DNA from: an uncultured bacterium
GTDB lineage: Bacteria; Auribacterota; JACPWU01
Reading direction: 5' to 3'
NCBI GenBank assembly: GCA_964640155.1
Contig: CAZXEQ010000007.1
Location: forward strand, 60,001 to 92,000
DNA length: 32,000 nt
The translations under genes were made by a program, and so were the position numbers. The notes beneath the pieces were generated by a model. That model had not been told where the DNA came from. It ran no database searches and was given only the letters and a program-made list of their open reading frames with translations. Every line of letters begins with the position of its first letter. The first letter of the stretch is position 1. Shown here one piece after another: positions 8,201-12,476 of this stretch.

Positions 8201-9180
8201 CTTATGGCGTTTCAAATTTCTTTGAAAATGCAGCAAGATTTGTGAGAGCTGAGTTGACGCGTGAATATGGGAATTCAGAAGATACAACGATTGACCACTT
8301 AGGAGACTTGTATCTTTTAGTTTTTGAGTATCATTCATTGAGTGATCAGCAAAAGGAAGCTTTGGGAAATATTGCGAGGAACATTGATAATCCTGATGTG
8401 AGAAGTGGAATGGTGCAAGTCCTAGAAATTATGAAAGGTACTATTTCACTACAGAATGGGCAATTGGGAAGCCTTAAAGCTTTATTAGGACAGTTTTTTA
8501 AACAGCTTCCTAAAGCTTTAGAAATTAAAATTCTAGAAAATGTGATTCAAAGATATGAAAATATTTTAGCCAAAAACACCAGTAATATAGAGGTGAAAAC
8601 AATATTAGGTCTCTTATATGCTTCCCAAATTCAATCAGGGGTTACTTTAAATTTGGAAACTTTACTAAAAGTGAAAGGTTATCTTGAAGAAAGTTTAGTT
8701 GCAGACGCTCAAAATGCGGAGAAGATCTCTGCATTGAAAGAAGTGAGACTTCAAATTCAAAAAGAACTTGTTAGACAAGCTAAAGCGATGGCAGACAAAC
8801 CTGAAAATGCTGCTAATGCAGATGAGTATACGGATAGAGTTTTGGATATTCAAAATTGGCTTCGGGCATATCATCAAAATTTAGATTCTGCTGAGCAAGA
8901 AGCTTTAGAGAAAGAATTAAGAAATCAATTGCCCAAAGAAGCTGTGGATAAAGCGCGTGAAACATTGTTTGTAGATGGTTTAATGAAGCTTGCCAAATCT
9001 GGGAAGCCATTGACTTTAAGAGCAGTGGGCCCCGTGTTAGCCCCGCTCTTTGGCCCTGTTGCGCGTATCATTCGTGATGGTTGGGTCGACATTGATCAAC
9101 CTGTTCATTCTCCTTCTACTCCTCTTCCAAAGAAAGTATCCAATCCTTCCTCTGGAATCGATCATAGCCGATCGACGTAA
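1..9180 (+). CDS. Giant SecA-like ATPase fusion protein, 5'-truncated by the window edge (>3059 aa). SecA-type motor followed by ~2350 aa of coiled coil, solenoid repeats, TPR-like repeats and a ComEA-like HhH module
   Basis: Single open frame of 9177+ nt with no stop until TAA at 9178-9180. SecA-like motifs appear in the canonical order (see finding). The Walker A region expected ~100 aa before DEVDS is not in the window, so the gene continues upstream and the TTG at nt 4 is probably not the start. Confidence 0.85.
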   Translation, partial: TLKKGRLNELPEELKNEAALNEWKDRLKKVLKDEELASRLTFIIEPLLKQIHLSDQRKNLNQIAEQLGNKDKSTRARIEAFEASLNQRITEKEAAIEALRELENKGMEAKRLAFTAPGVTYIGIGDLAFEKLGDRARKLSERFFPQGGKKLHKANVDEVDSVLEDQALMDYVMAQPSGDLSAIEKEMWTFAGSVSEEIRPFGLERKIGLQKEEIQAQETEQVVGAKLTLFTKDKNNDVLRLTKAGRQRAMDAYNVLRQKMMGRKELPSMPEFIKMVEKSLKARELRKRGEDYEIDDASGSIRLIEKTTGGINDRRDSALGIALDVLNSDRVRTLGDNRTSAKISGGDVIKELFEGFSGYSGSVDTREARKEFEKGFGKKSTQFVRIPNYSASKRNILAPKIFKNDNAAQAWLEEQAREVMQHTTAIITLRSVKQVEDLAAKMEGKKEFKGKVLIFRGSENDEQRRLLLAQASEPGYVLIQTMIGGRGTDWGLADFGLTKEMLDEALKGKGLSEGLRKAQLDQLEGITKKLAGNTAKLTPAEVTQARNMSQTELQSQDDRLNEQVNFLEEFNKTGESLDQALETARKQKGLAEKAFNAASANAAPAEIKVELSLGRWLASRRLEVLEALQKSGQSVNEELKNAREAKEKASRKLLVRDLEKFFENLTEGADEALRKKLDQVCQRTFMKFAYGFYIMRNVFRSRRVDIQVDGRGARQADPGTSIEFSSLEETGADILEIIQPGLRQEQLDGQLHQKGKEGRDRIAANEKKYAKFLKLREEYLDALDKLETMDEKDKSGIATLQKELSRMEQEIQTMKAEAQLNLDINDMDQRLEKGDKNNVGYHISERLSDVFGGIREGTSDVTSVTVAKALIEKVIEEAKKSKNLALVQEVLKNAFDIRKIEGLSLEQLDLLKEELLSQLARGDIQLDGQVFEEGLSQANMDFIDRQQEIERAEEDVAKLKKALEDYLGEFTKGVQNNIVDGLVKVYGPKEVGTGGLDLDEMSAAFTDKMTDWIGKQTPGPIASRWIRYWKTVSKWTAAKSKGLRSRSATVGNWIAKHAQVEEQRKYFEKAARAWNKAIARLENRGELSDAYVAIDRKVETESIQPMGSNPSVRQVTQLVKKREAEKRKGQGVTIDLAKAKATRQKAGTTAGSPEAQQPKRPEAETRSLTTLQKLIQTAAVDGRVKGTTRLAIPSADGNKSQRYDFDLTATTAQVLNSNEAAREALYKALASGQQGAVKVGDRTLIFAKNARGLVQIVDVSDLKADSVTQALTEAQTRKDDVKFIFGASGQVNIVIAKPGQTSLGEKVTLTGSNLFVHSNINEGTVGSGNTFRDSNLSNAQVGNNNSFNRVEASDVTVGNESQLTRVKVNSAEVGNASKLEVVSAVTVVVGENSQLKDVRADRSVVAGDQARLENVTAESIVAGDRSRMKSVTGRNVVAQEGADVELMNAQALNAPSGDLTFGKNEVKRGGYKEGVYETTGVSDRTALIGQMEHVRATEKELFGETPWETIKGKLKGKVDSLITLLRNQEPTGRLKWGKKFLKSIGTYFKTFDERQREQSTRDRESEQNLRADAAAETLYPNFSTPASEVYEGLNRNLFGEEEMTHVGFIMGTLSEEAMAKAIESGVLEEGEDSSQRVSPSPRAVAEGLIDFAQRILDSAKDQSPADQEVAQKKVEALWEAALKVDPRHAKTLLRMAETLWTRSQGKNLEASEREELKKNSLALYRLAYREDPSDAETVESYANVLISQNKSAEAIKMAERLVKENKTRENKLLLGRILMASGKFSEAMNVFRKNGVVSKKVEQRLTQLEGKAGELAKKRAELANLDKPKKGGFPGGMSPEMLQGMDPEMLGQNPDLLSQLMGGGEQRESTPEEKAQIAEQKKKLGEEIEVLSKGTEDFGITLEELTSAGEKISSQGLAQILMKLYGGKISLEKAKLLAKTLRELMNTHQELSKMNVALLLAINAEDSDSIPSLKAKMMSQLATQEKDIHTQRVYALAAAFYNEQAQAISELTRRHPELKGQDLSRFLPNMEISQVTPEVETPAVPDQTEAAKQSEALVKEIAAQQERVEALKKESKEPQGNLVDILTLSEESQSYDEDIKAQEEVIRNAKAERDEARRVLTLYKMTKAMDEVQTQEQVINALNQKISDAQRKIENLRKMSLSQNLRNEMRARQGDFVASKTQADTEEAKATRERYLIHVTRELQQAEEKLGSLKSQQKWSNRATRATEAVLNFSSALKGKAKKVVVRLQSLRQKPKLVPRVTEQSLEALKKYLNMQAIALNIMEQLPAPSEQTAKDAYAKTSEDLKAQAVVWEEEMSEVLKAQPELKDHFIELMGIDTTDISSTPAYKVKLLKHWAAAIKELAETMDAKDEKRAAYMKLVETLEAKAKVAEAEAKKIEDEKAKVQAAEAEAKKVKPVNVNEAGVEDLMKVQGITKVLAQAIVQARQQLTISGKPGPFRSLSDLFLVPGLRRLFPMSIDELEDRYATISAQLKVETTKPDSPEVLKQRQSLQGELQRLSSLHQSVKKFAQNITFGEEGTVYYPETVEQRVMEALESEIQRRSVPHLEFLRNELARIKAEKVRCLKETSNSDVKARKTALNEYAELEKEEKRYIALEKKLQSKTLSEVIEVVTQLELNPLMKAYSKILMQLAKLGESNLTVQEHAKRYEALRRDMVKLNRQFSDLSVQTDQVKNVMESLKNYTSQMTDYLLVARRVNRVSSLAENLRRQFNENEGTYGVSNFFENAARFVRAELTREYGNSEDTTIDHLGDLYLLVFEYHSLSDQQKEALGNIARNIDNPDVRSGMVQVLEIMKGTISLQNGQLGSLKALLGQFFKQLPKALEIKILENVIQRYENILAKNTSNIEVKTILGLLYASQIQSGVTLNLETLLKVKGYLEESLVADAQNAEKISALKEVRLQIQKELVRQAKAMADKPENAANADEYTDRVLDIQNWLRAYHQNLDSAEQEALEKELRNQLPKEAVDKARETLFVDGLMKLAKSGKPLTLRAVGPVLAPLFGPVARIIRDGWVDIDQPVHSPSTPLPKKVSNPSSGIDHSRST
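3925..4356 (+). repeat. Nine tandem 16-residue (48-nt) protein repeats, consensus V-G-x-x-S-x-L-x-x-V-x-x-x-x-x-V; predicted beta-solenoid
   Basis: Exact 16-aa register read from the translation: LTGSNLFVHSNINEGT / VGSGNTFRDSNLSNAQ / VGNNNSFNRVEASDVT / VGNESQLTRVKVNSAE / VGNASKLEVVSAVTVV / VGENSQLKDVRADRSV / VAGDQARLENVTAESI / VAGDRSRMKSVTGRNV / VAQEGADVELMNAQAL. The repeats are divergent at DNA level. Confidence 0.7.
5026..5385 (+). other. TPR-like helical repeat region inside the giant protein
   Basis: ~34-aa helical units with an A/L/Y pattern, e.g. ALYRLAYREDPSDAETVESYANVLISQNKSAEAIKMAERLV and LLLGRILMASGKFSEAMNVFRKN. Judged by eye only. Confidence 0.45.
7249..7404 (+). other. ComEA-like helix-hairpin-helix (HhH) DNA-binding module inside the giant protein
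   Basis: VNVNEAGVEDLMKVQGITKVLAQAIVQARQQLTISGKPGPFRSLSDLFLVPGL fits the ComEA C-terminal pattern (I/V)N(I/V)N.A..E.L..(L/V).GI....A..I...R...G.F.S..DL..V.G(I/L). Confidence 0.6.
8914..9180 (+). repeat. Direct repeat DR1: last 89 codons of the giant gene, in frame; left boundary of the TA insertion
   Basis: Aligns with 11662-11930 with 16 substitutions and one 2-nt indel (C4 run versus C6 run). Similarity starts abruptly at 8914/11662 and stops exactly at the stop codons. Confidence 0.95.
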
Positions 9181-9288
9181 AAAACAGTAATTCGTAGTTC
9201 GTGAAGCGTAGTTCGCAAAAATAAAATACCAATACCCTTTCCTCCGGTTAGCCAGTTGACCAGTTTTTTTTGATGTTTTTTTCTTTGG

Positions 9289-9327
9289 TTGACAAGCGTA
9301 TCTAAATGGGATATACATAGTATATCC
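9289..9327 (+). promoter_or_regulatory. Putative mazEF-like promoter with overlapping palindromic operator
   Basis: TTGACA (9289-9294), 17-nt spacer, TATACA (9312-9317). Perfect inverted repeat GGATATAC-ata-GTATATCC (9309-9327) overlaps the -10. RBS GAGGAGG at 9331-9337 precedes the ATG at 9348. Confidence 0.5.
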
Positions 9328-9347
9328 AGTGAGGAGGTGTCTGTCGT

Positions 9348-9596
9348 ATGGTTACCAGAGTTCAGAAATGGGGAAATAGCCAGGGTCTTCGTGTTAGCAA
9401 AGAGATACTGGAAAAGGTTCATATTGCTATTGGAGACATGGTAGATATTAGAGTTCAAAAGGATTGTATTCTTATTCAGCCCGTTCATCAGGTGCGTGGG
9501 AAATACAGTTTGCGAGATCTCGTACGTCAAATGCCTAAAGGTTATAAGCCGGGTCGGGAAGCATGGAGTGAACCTATTGGTAAGGAAGTTTGGTAA
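9348..9596 (+). CDS. mazE: MazE/AbrB-SpoVT family antitoxin
   Basis: 82 aa. N-terminus MVTRVQKWGNSQGLRVSKEIL has the MazE/AbrB swapped-hairpin signature (KWGNS..(L/V)R(I/V)). Strong RBS. Stop TAA abuts the toxin ATG. Confidence 0.85.
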   Translation: MVTRVQKWGNSQGLRVSKEILEKVHIAIGDMVDIRVQKDCILIQPVHQVRGKYSLRDLVRQMPKGYKPGREAWSEPIGKEVW

Positions 9597-9932
9597 ATGT
9601 TGAACTATGTACCTCATAAAGGGGATTTGGTCATACTGACATTTGATCCTCAAGCGGGTCATGAACAGAAAGGACGAAGACCCGCACTGATTGTAAGTAA
9701 TAATTTGTTTAATCAATCTACGGGTTTTGCCATTGCTTGTCCCATTACAAACACGGATCGTAAAATCCCATTTCATGTAAAAATCCATCCATCTTCTTCA
9801 CTCACAGGTTTCGTGATGGTAGACCAGGTTAAATCGATAGATTATCGAACCAGACAGGTCAAATATGTTGAACGAGCCCCTGTAGCATTGTTAGAGGAAG
9901 TATTAAGTATTTTAGATGCCAGTCTTTTTTAA
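9597..9932 (+). CDS. mazF: MazF/PemK family endoribonuclease toxin
   Basis: 111 aa. YVPHKGDLVILTFDPQAGHEQKGRRPALIVSNNLFNQSTGFAIACPITN... parallels E. coli MazF/ChpB (YVPDMGDLIWVDFDP..GSEQAGHRPAVVLS...). Typical antitoxin-then-toxin order. Confidence 0.9.
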   Translation: MLNYVPHKGDLVILTFDPQAGHEQKGRRPALIVSNNLFNQSTGFAIACPITNTDRKIPFHVKIHPSSSLTGFVMVDQVKSIDYRTRQVKYVERAPVALLEEVLSILDASLF

Positions 9933-9953
9933 AATGATTTCTTTTCTATGAAA

Positions 9954-9977
9954 GTGGGAAGTTCTAAGGTTTCCCGC
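9954..9977. terminator. Weak bidirectional hairpin between the convergent mazF and abiEii genes
   Basis: GTGGGAA (9954-9960) pairs with TTCCCGC (9971-9977), 7 bp including one G:U, with a 10-nt loop. No strong U-tract on either strand. Confidence 0.3.
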
Positions 9978-10014
9978 TTGAGCAATATTCATTTATTCTT
10001 CTTAGCGTTAGCCT

Positions 10015-10929
10015 TTAACCCCATGGACCAGAATTTTTCCATTCTTGATCAAAATTTTTATTTTGATCAATTGCCTTAATGGGCTTCAGAAGAAATTTTT
10101 CAATTGCCTCGGCAACATCTTTAAGCTTGTCCGGAACATTTTTGATTTTTCCCTTTGTCAGAAAAGCTTTCCAAAGCATTTGACGATCAGAGCTCTCGTC
10201 ATAAATTTGTTCAGCAAAAAGTGGAGATTTTGTAGGAATTACTGTCTTTCGATGGGTAAAAGTTTTTTTGAGAGCTTCTACAAGAGTCTGACCTTTGAAA
10301 TGAAATTGCTGAGCCATGAGCCAAAGATCATAAAAATCTTTCATTCTGCTATTAAGAAGTCCAAGCTTTATCATAGATTCAAATTTTTCAGCGACAACAC
10401 TTTCTTGCGGGTATCCTTTTAAATGTGGTTTTGGAAAATCTAAAATTACAGGATAATCAATCACTATAGATTTAGGATAAATCATATCTCCAAATCCAAA
10501 GTCTATTTGCATCGATATTCGTGAACGCTCAAGAAAACCTTTAAACTTAATTCTCACACCTTCGTAGTCTGCATCCTCTTTGATTTTTTGCCCTTTGATA
10601 GTGTTAGGATCATATACAAGACCATCTGATATGACATTAACTCTACAAATCTTTTTAACTACTTCTTCAATCTTGTTTACTTGATTGTCATAATGGGCAA
10701 GGAAATCAATGTCCAATGTTGCTCGTCTTTCAGGCACTTGCCATACTGTAAACATCAATGCCCCTTTTAGAATGAATTTATTGGCATATTCAGATTGACT
10801 GAGTCGATAGAGGAAGCGCTCCATCGCATAATATTGAAGGATCTCTGCAAAGGGTCGATTTAATTCTATTGCTTTATTCTGAATTCTATTTCGAACGGAT
10901 GCTTCAATATTTTTAATTTTTTGCGTCAC
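10015..10929 (-). CDS. AbiEii/AbiGii-family nucleotidyltransferase toxin (DUF1814, type IV TA)
   Basis: The family-typical motif RATLDIDF follows GALMF..W. The size fits the family. The ORF track start is 10974. I prefer GTG at 10929 because it gives VTQKIKNIEASVRNR..., a typical family N-terminus, and a 4-nt GTGA overlap with the abiEi stop. Confidence 0.8.
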   Translation of the reverse strand: MTQKIKNIEASVRNRIQNKAIELNRPFAEILQYYAMERFLYRLSQSEYANKFILKGALMFTVWQVPERRATLDIDFLAHYDNQVNKIEEVVKKICRVNVISDGLVYDPNTIKGQKIKEDADYEGVRIKFKGFLERSRISMQIDFGFGDMIYPKSIVIDYPVILDFPKPHLKGYPQESVVAEKFESMIKLGLLNSRMKDFYDLWLMAQQFHFKGQTLVEALKKTFTHRKTVIPTKSPLFAEQIYDESSDRQMLWKAFLTKGKIKNVPDKLKDVAEAIEKFLLKPIKAIDQNKNFDQEWKNSGPWG

Positions 10930-11528
10930 AATATTGTCTCCAAAAGTGGTTTGATAATATTTGCAACACGGCAAATATCAGCATAGAACATAATTTCCTT
11001 GGGAGATATACCTTTTTCAAGAACCGCTGTTTTAAGGGCGTCTCGTGCAATATTGATTCCTATTTTATTTCTAAACTTAAAGCAATCAGCCACAGTTTTA
11101 GCCACATTATAAACCTTCACCTTATAACCATCTATTTCTTGCTCTACAATTCCAGCGTTCCAAGTTTCTTTGGAAAAATGATAGTAATGAACAGGAGGAT
11201 AATTAATTTTATTGGCATGGTTCCCTTGTGGTATAGCAAGATCTATGAGCCTTGGTATCTCACTGGTTACTTCATGAAATGCCAGGGCAGAGAGTAGACA
11301 AATCACTCCTTTAGGAGATTTCATTGAAACCATAATAAGATCAGGATTGGATAGGGAAGTGCTCATCGTAAGTTTATACAGAGCACGATCTATTTTCTGA
11401 ATTTGTTTCAAATGCAGTAGGACTTTAAGATCAGATTTGTTAAAACCTGTATGGATAATGTCAGAGTATGTAGCTAGTCCTCTCCTCTTTTTGAAAAAGT
11501 TAATCAAACGCTCTCTTTTAGAGATCAT
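10926..11528 (-). CDS. AbiEi-family antitoxin / transcriptional regulator (type IV TA)
   Basis: 200 aa. The N-terminal winged-helix-like segment (...LATYSDIIHTGFNKSDLKVLLHLKQIQKIDRALYKL) resembles the AbiEi_4 domain. It lies immediately upstream of, and overlaps, the DUF1814 toxin gene. Confidence 0.8.
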   Translation of the reverse strand: MISKRERLINFFKKRRGLATYSDIIHTGFNKSDLKVLLHLKQIQKIDRALYKLTMSTSLSNPDLIMVSMKSPKGVICLLSALAFHEVTSEIPRLIDLAIPQGNHANKINYPPVHYYHFSKETWNAGIVEQEIDGYKVKVYNVAKTVADCFKFRNKIGINIARDALKTAVLEKGISPKEIMFYADICRVANIIKPLLETIL

Positions 11529-11536
11529 AGAGTTTT

Positions 11537-11590
11537 CCCTATTTATATATACTTGTTATTAAGTATATATAAATAGGGATGCTATGTCAA
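11537..11590 (-). promoter_or_regulatory. abiE promoter with a perfect 18-bp inverted-repeat operator
   Basis: On the minus strand: TTGACA (11590-11585), 17-nt spacer, TATACT (11567-11562). Perfect palindrome CCCTATTTATATATACTT (11537-11554), 6-nt spacer, AAGTATATATAAATAGGG (11561-11578). It covers the -10 and the start region, 9 nt upstream of the abiEi ATG. Confidence 0.6.
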
Positions 11591-11661
11591 ACCAATCAAA
11601 TTTGGTGTTAATAGTAGTAGCAGTAGTAGTAGGGTCAGGCCTTGCAATCACACATTAAGAG

Positions 11662-11930
11662 GAATTACGAAATCAATTGCCCAAAGAAGCTGTGGATAAA
11701 GCACGTGAGACATTGTTTGTGGATGGTTTAATGAAACTTGCTAAATCTAGGAAACCATTTACCTTAAGAGAAGTGGGCCCCCCGTGTTAGCCCCGCTCTT
11801 TGGCCCTGTTGCGCGTATCATTCGTGATGGTTGGGTCGACATTGATCAACCCGTTCATTCTCCTTCTACTCCTCTTCCAAAGAAAGTGGCCAGTCCTTCC
11901 TCTGGAATCGATCATAGCCGATCGACATAA
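11662..11930 (+). pseudogene. DR2: displaced, frameshifted copy of the giant gene's 3' end (last 89 codons)
   Basis: ~94% identical to 8914-9180. There is no upstream ORF, and an in-frame TAA lies at 11656-11658. A C6 run (versus C4 in DR1) shifts the frame and gives ...REVGPPC-stop. Confidence 0.85.
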
Positions 11931-11978
11931 TCGGCTTACCTTGCAGCTGGCTGTGACCTATTTCCCTCCTTAAATCTA

Positions 11979-11987
11979 TGGTATAAT
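11979..11987 (+). promoter_or_regulatory. Extended -10 promoter (TGgTATAAT) for the pseudopilin pair
   Basis: TG at 11979-11980 and TATAAT at 11982-11987. RBS AGGAGG at 11997-12002 precedes the ATG at 12012. No good -35. Confidence 0.45.
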
Positions 11988-12011
11988 AGTTGTGTTAGGA
12001 GGTTTTGCGTT

Positions 12012-12476
12012 ATGTGTGGGCGGCGTTTACCTCAAGCTGGATTTACTCTCGTCGAAATCCTTTCGATTTTACTGATTATTTCTGTCGTTATAGCCATTGT
12101 TATTCCTATTGCAAAAACATCTTTTGATAAGATGAGAATTCATCAAACCCAAGCAGATATTGCGGCTTTAGAATCAGCTTTGGAGGGATATAAATCAGCT
12201 AACGGGCAATATCCAGATGCCAGTCCGGCTAGTAGAGTACCAGTGAGTGCATTAAGCACTTATATGAAATTTCCTGCGAAAAGAGTCATTTCAAATATTT
12301 TTTATGATTCATGGAATGTCCCTTATCGTTATGCCAGGCCAGGGACGAATAATACTGCCTTTGTAGATTTGGCTTCAGCAGGACCTGATCGAGCTATTGA
12401 TGATTCGACTTGGCAGACAAGTACGTCGTCTGGGAATAATGCGGATAATATTGATAATTGGAGTCAAAAGAGATGA
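12012..12476 (+). CDS. GspG-like type II secretion / type IV pilin-like pseudopilin
   Basis: Prepilin leader and methylation motif QAG|FTLVEILSILLIISVVIAIVIP with Glu at +5. The C-terminal motif DSWNVPYRY...AGPD...ADNIDNW parallels GspG DPWGNPY.Y...G.DG...DI.NW. Confidence 0.85.
   Translation: MCGRRLPQAGFTLVEILSILLIISVVIAIVIPIAKTSFDKMRIHQTQADIAALESALEGYKSANGQYPDASPASRVPVSALSTYMKFPAKRVISNIFYDSWNVPYRYARPGTNNTAFVDLASAGPDRAIDDSTWQTSTSSGNNADNIDNWSQKR

Larger units (their letters stand above)
9181..11661. mobile_element. 2.5-kb inserted island carrying two toxin-antitoxin modules and no recombinase gene, bracketed by the DR1/DR2 copies of the giant gene's 3' end
   Basis: The flanking ~267-bp direct repeats are copies of the target gene's 3' end. 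The content is purely accessory (mazEF-like and abiE-like). Native downstream DNA (the pseudopilin promoter) resumes after DR2. Confidence 0.6.

Noticed and set aside
1000-9010. Fifteen minus-strand ORFs of 60-96 aa inside the giant gene (for example 1000-1227, 2398-2664, 7051-7341, 8813-9010)
   Set aside because: All are antisense to a 9.2-kb uninterrupted ORF with recognisable domains. Their translations are low-complexity and Cys/Phe/Ser-rich, typical of the antisense frames of an AT-rich coding region. None has an RBS or any recognisable motif.
9037-9788. Minus-strand ORFs 9037-9318 (93 aa) and 9162-9788 (208 aa)
   Set aside because: They overlap, antisense, the mazE/mazF-like genes and their promoter. 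Those plus-strand genes have clear family signatures, an RBS and coupled stop/start. The minus-strand translations have no recognisable features.
10045-10422. Plus-strand ORF of 125 aa inside the abiEii-like gene
   Set aside because: It is antisense to a gene with a clear DUF1814/AbiEii motif, and its sequence is Phe/Lys/Ile-rich with junk-like composition.
12458-12472. TTG start at 12458 for the second pseudopilin; likewise TTG at 17612 for serA and the 20468 start for uppS
   Set aside because: In each case an in-frame ATG lies slightly downstream (12473, 17630, 20537). Those starts give the conserved family N-terminus, have a better RBS or stop-start coupling, and avoid overlap with the upstream gene.
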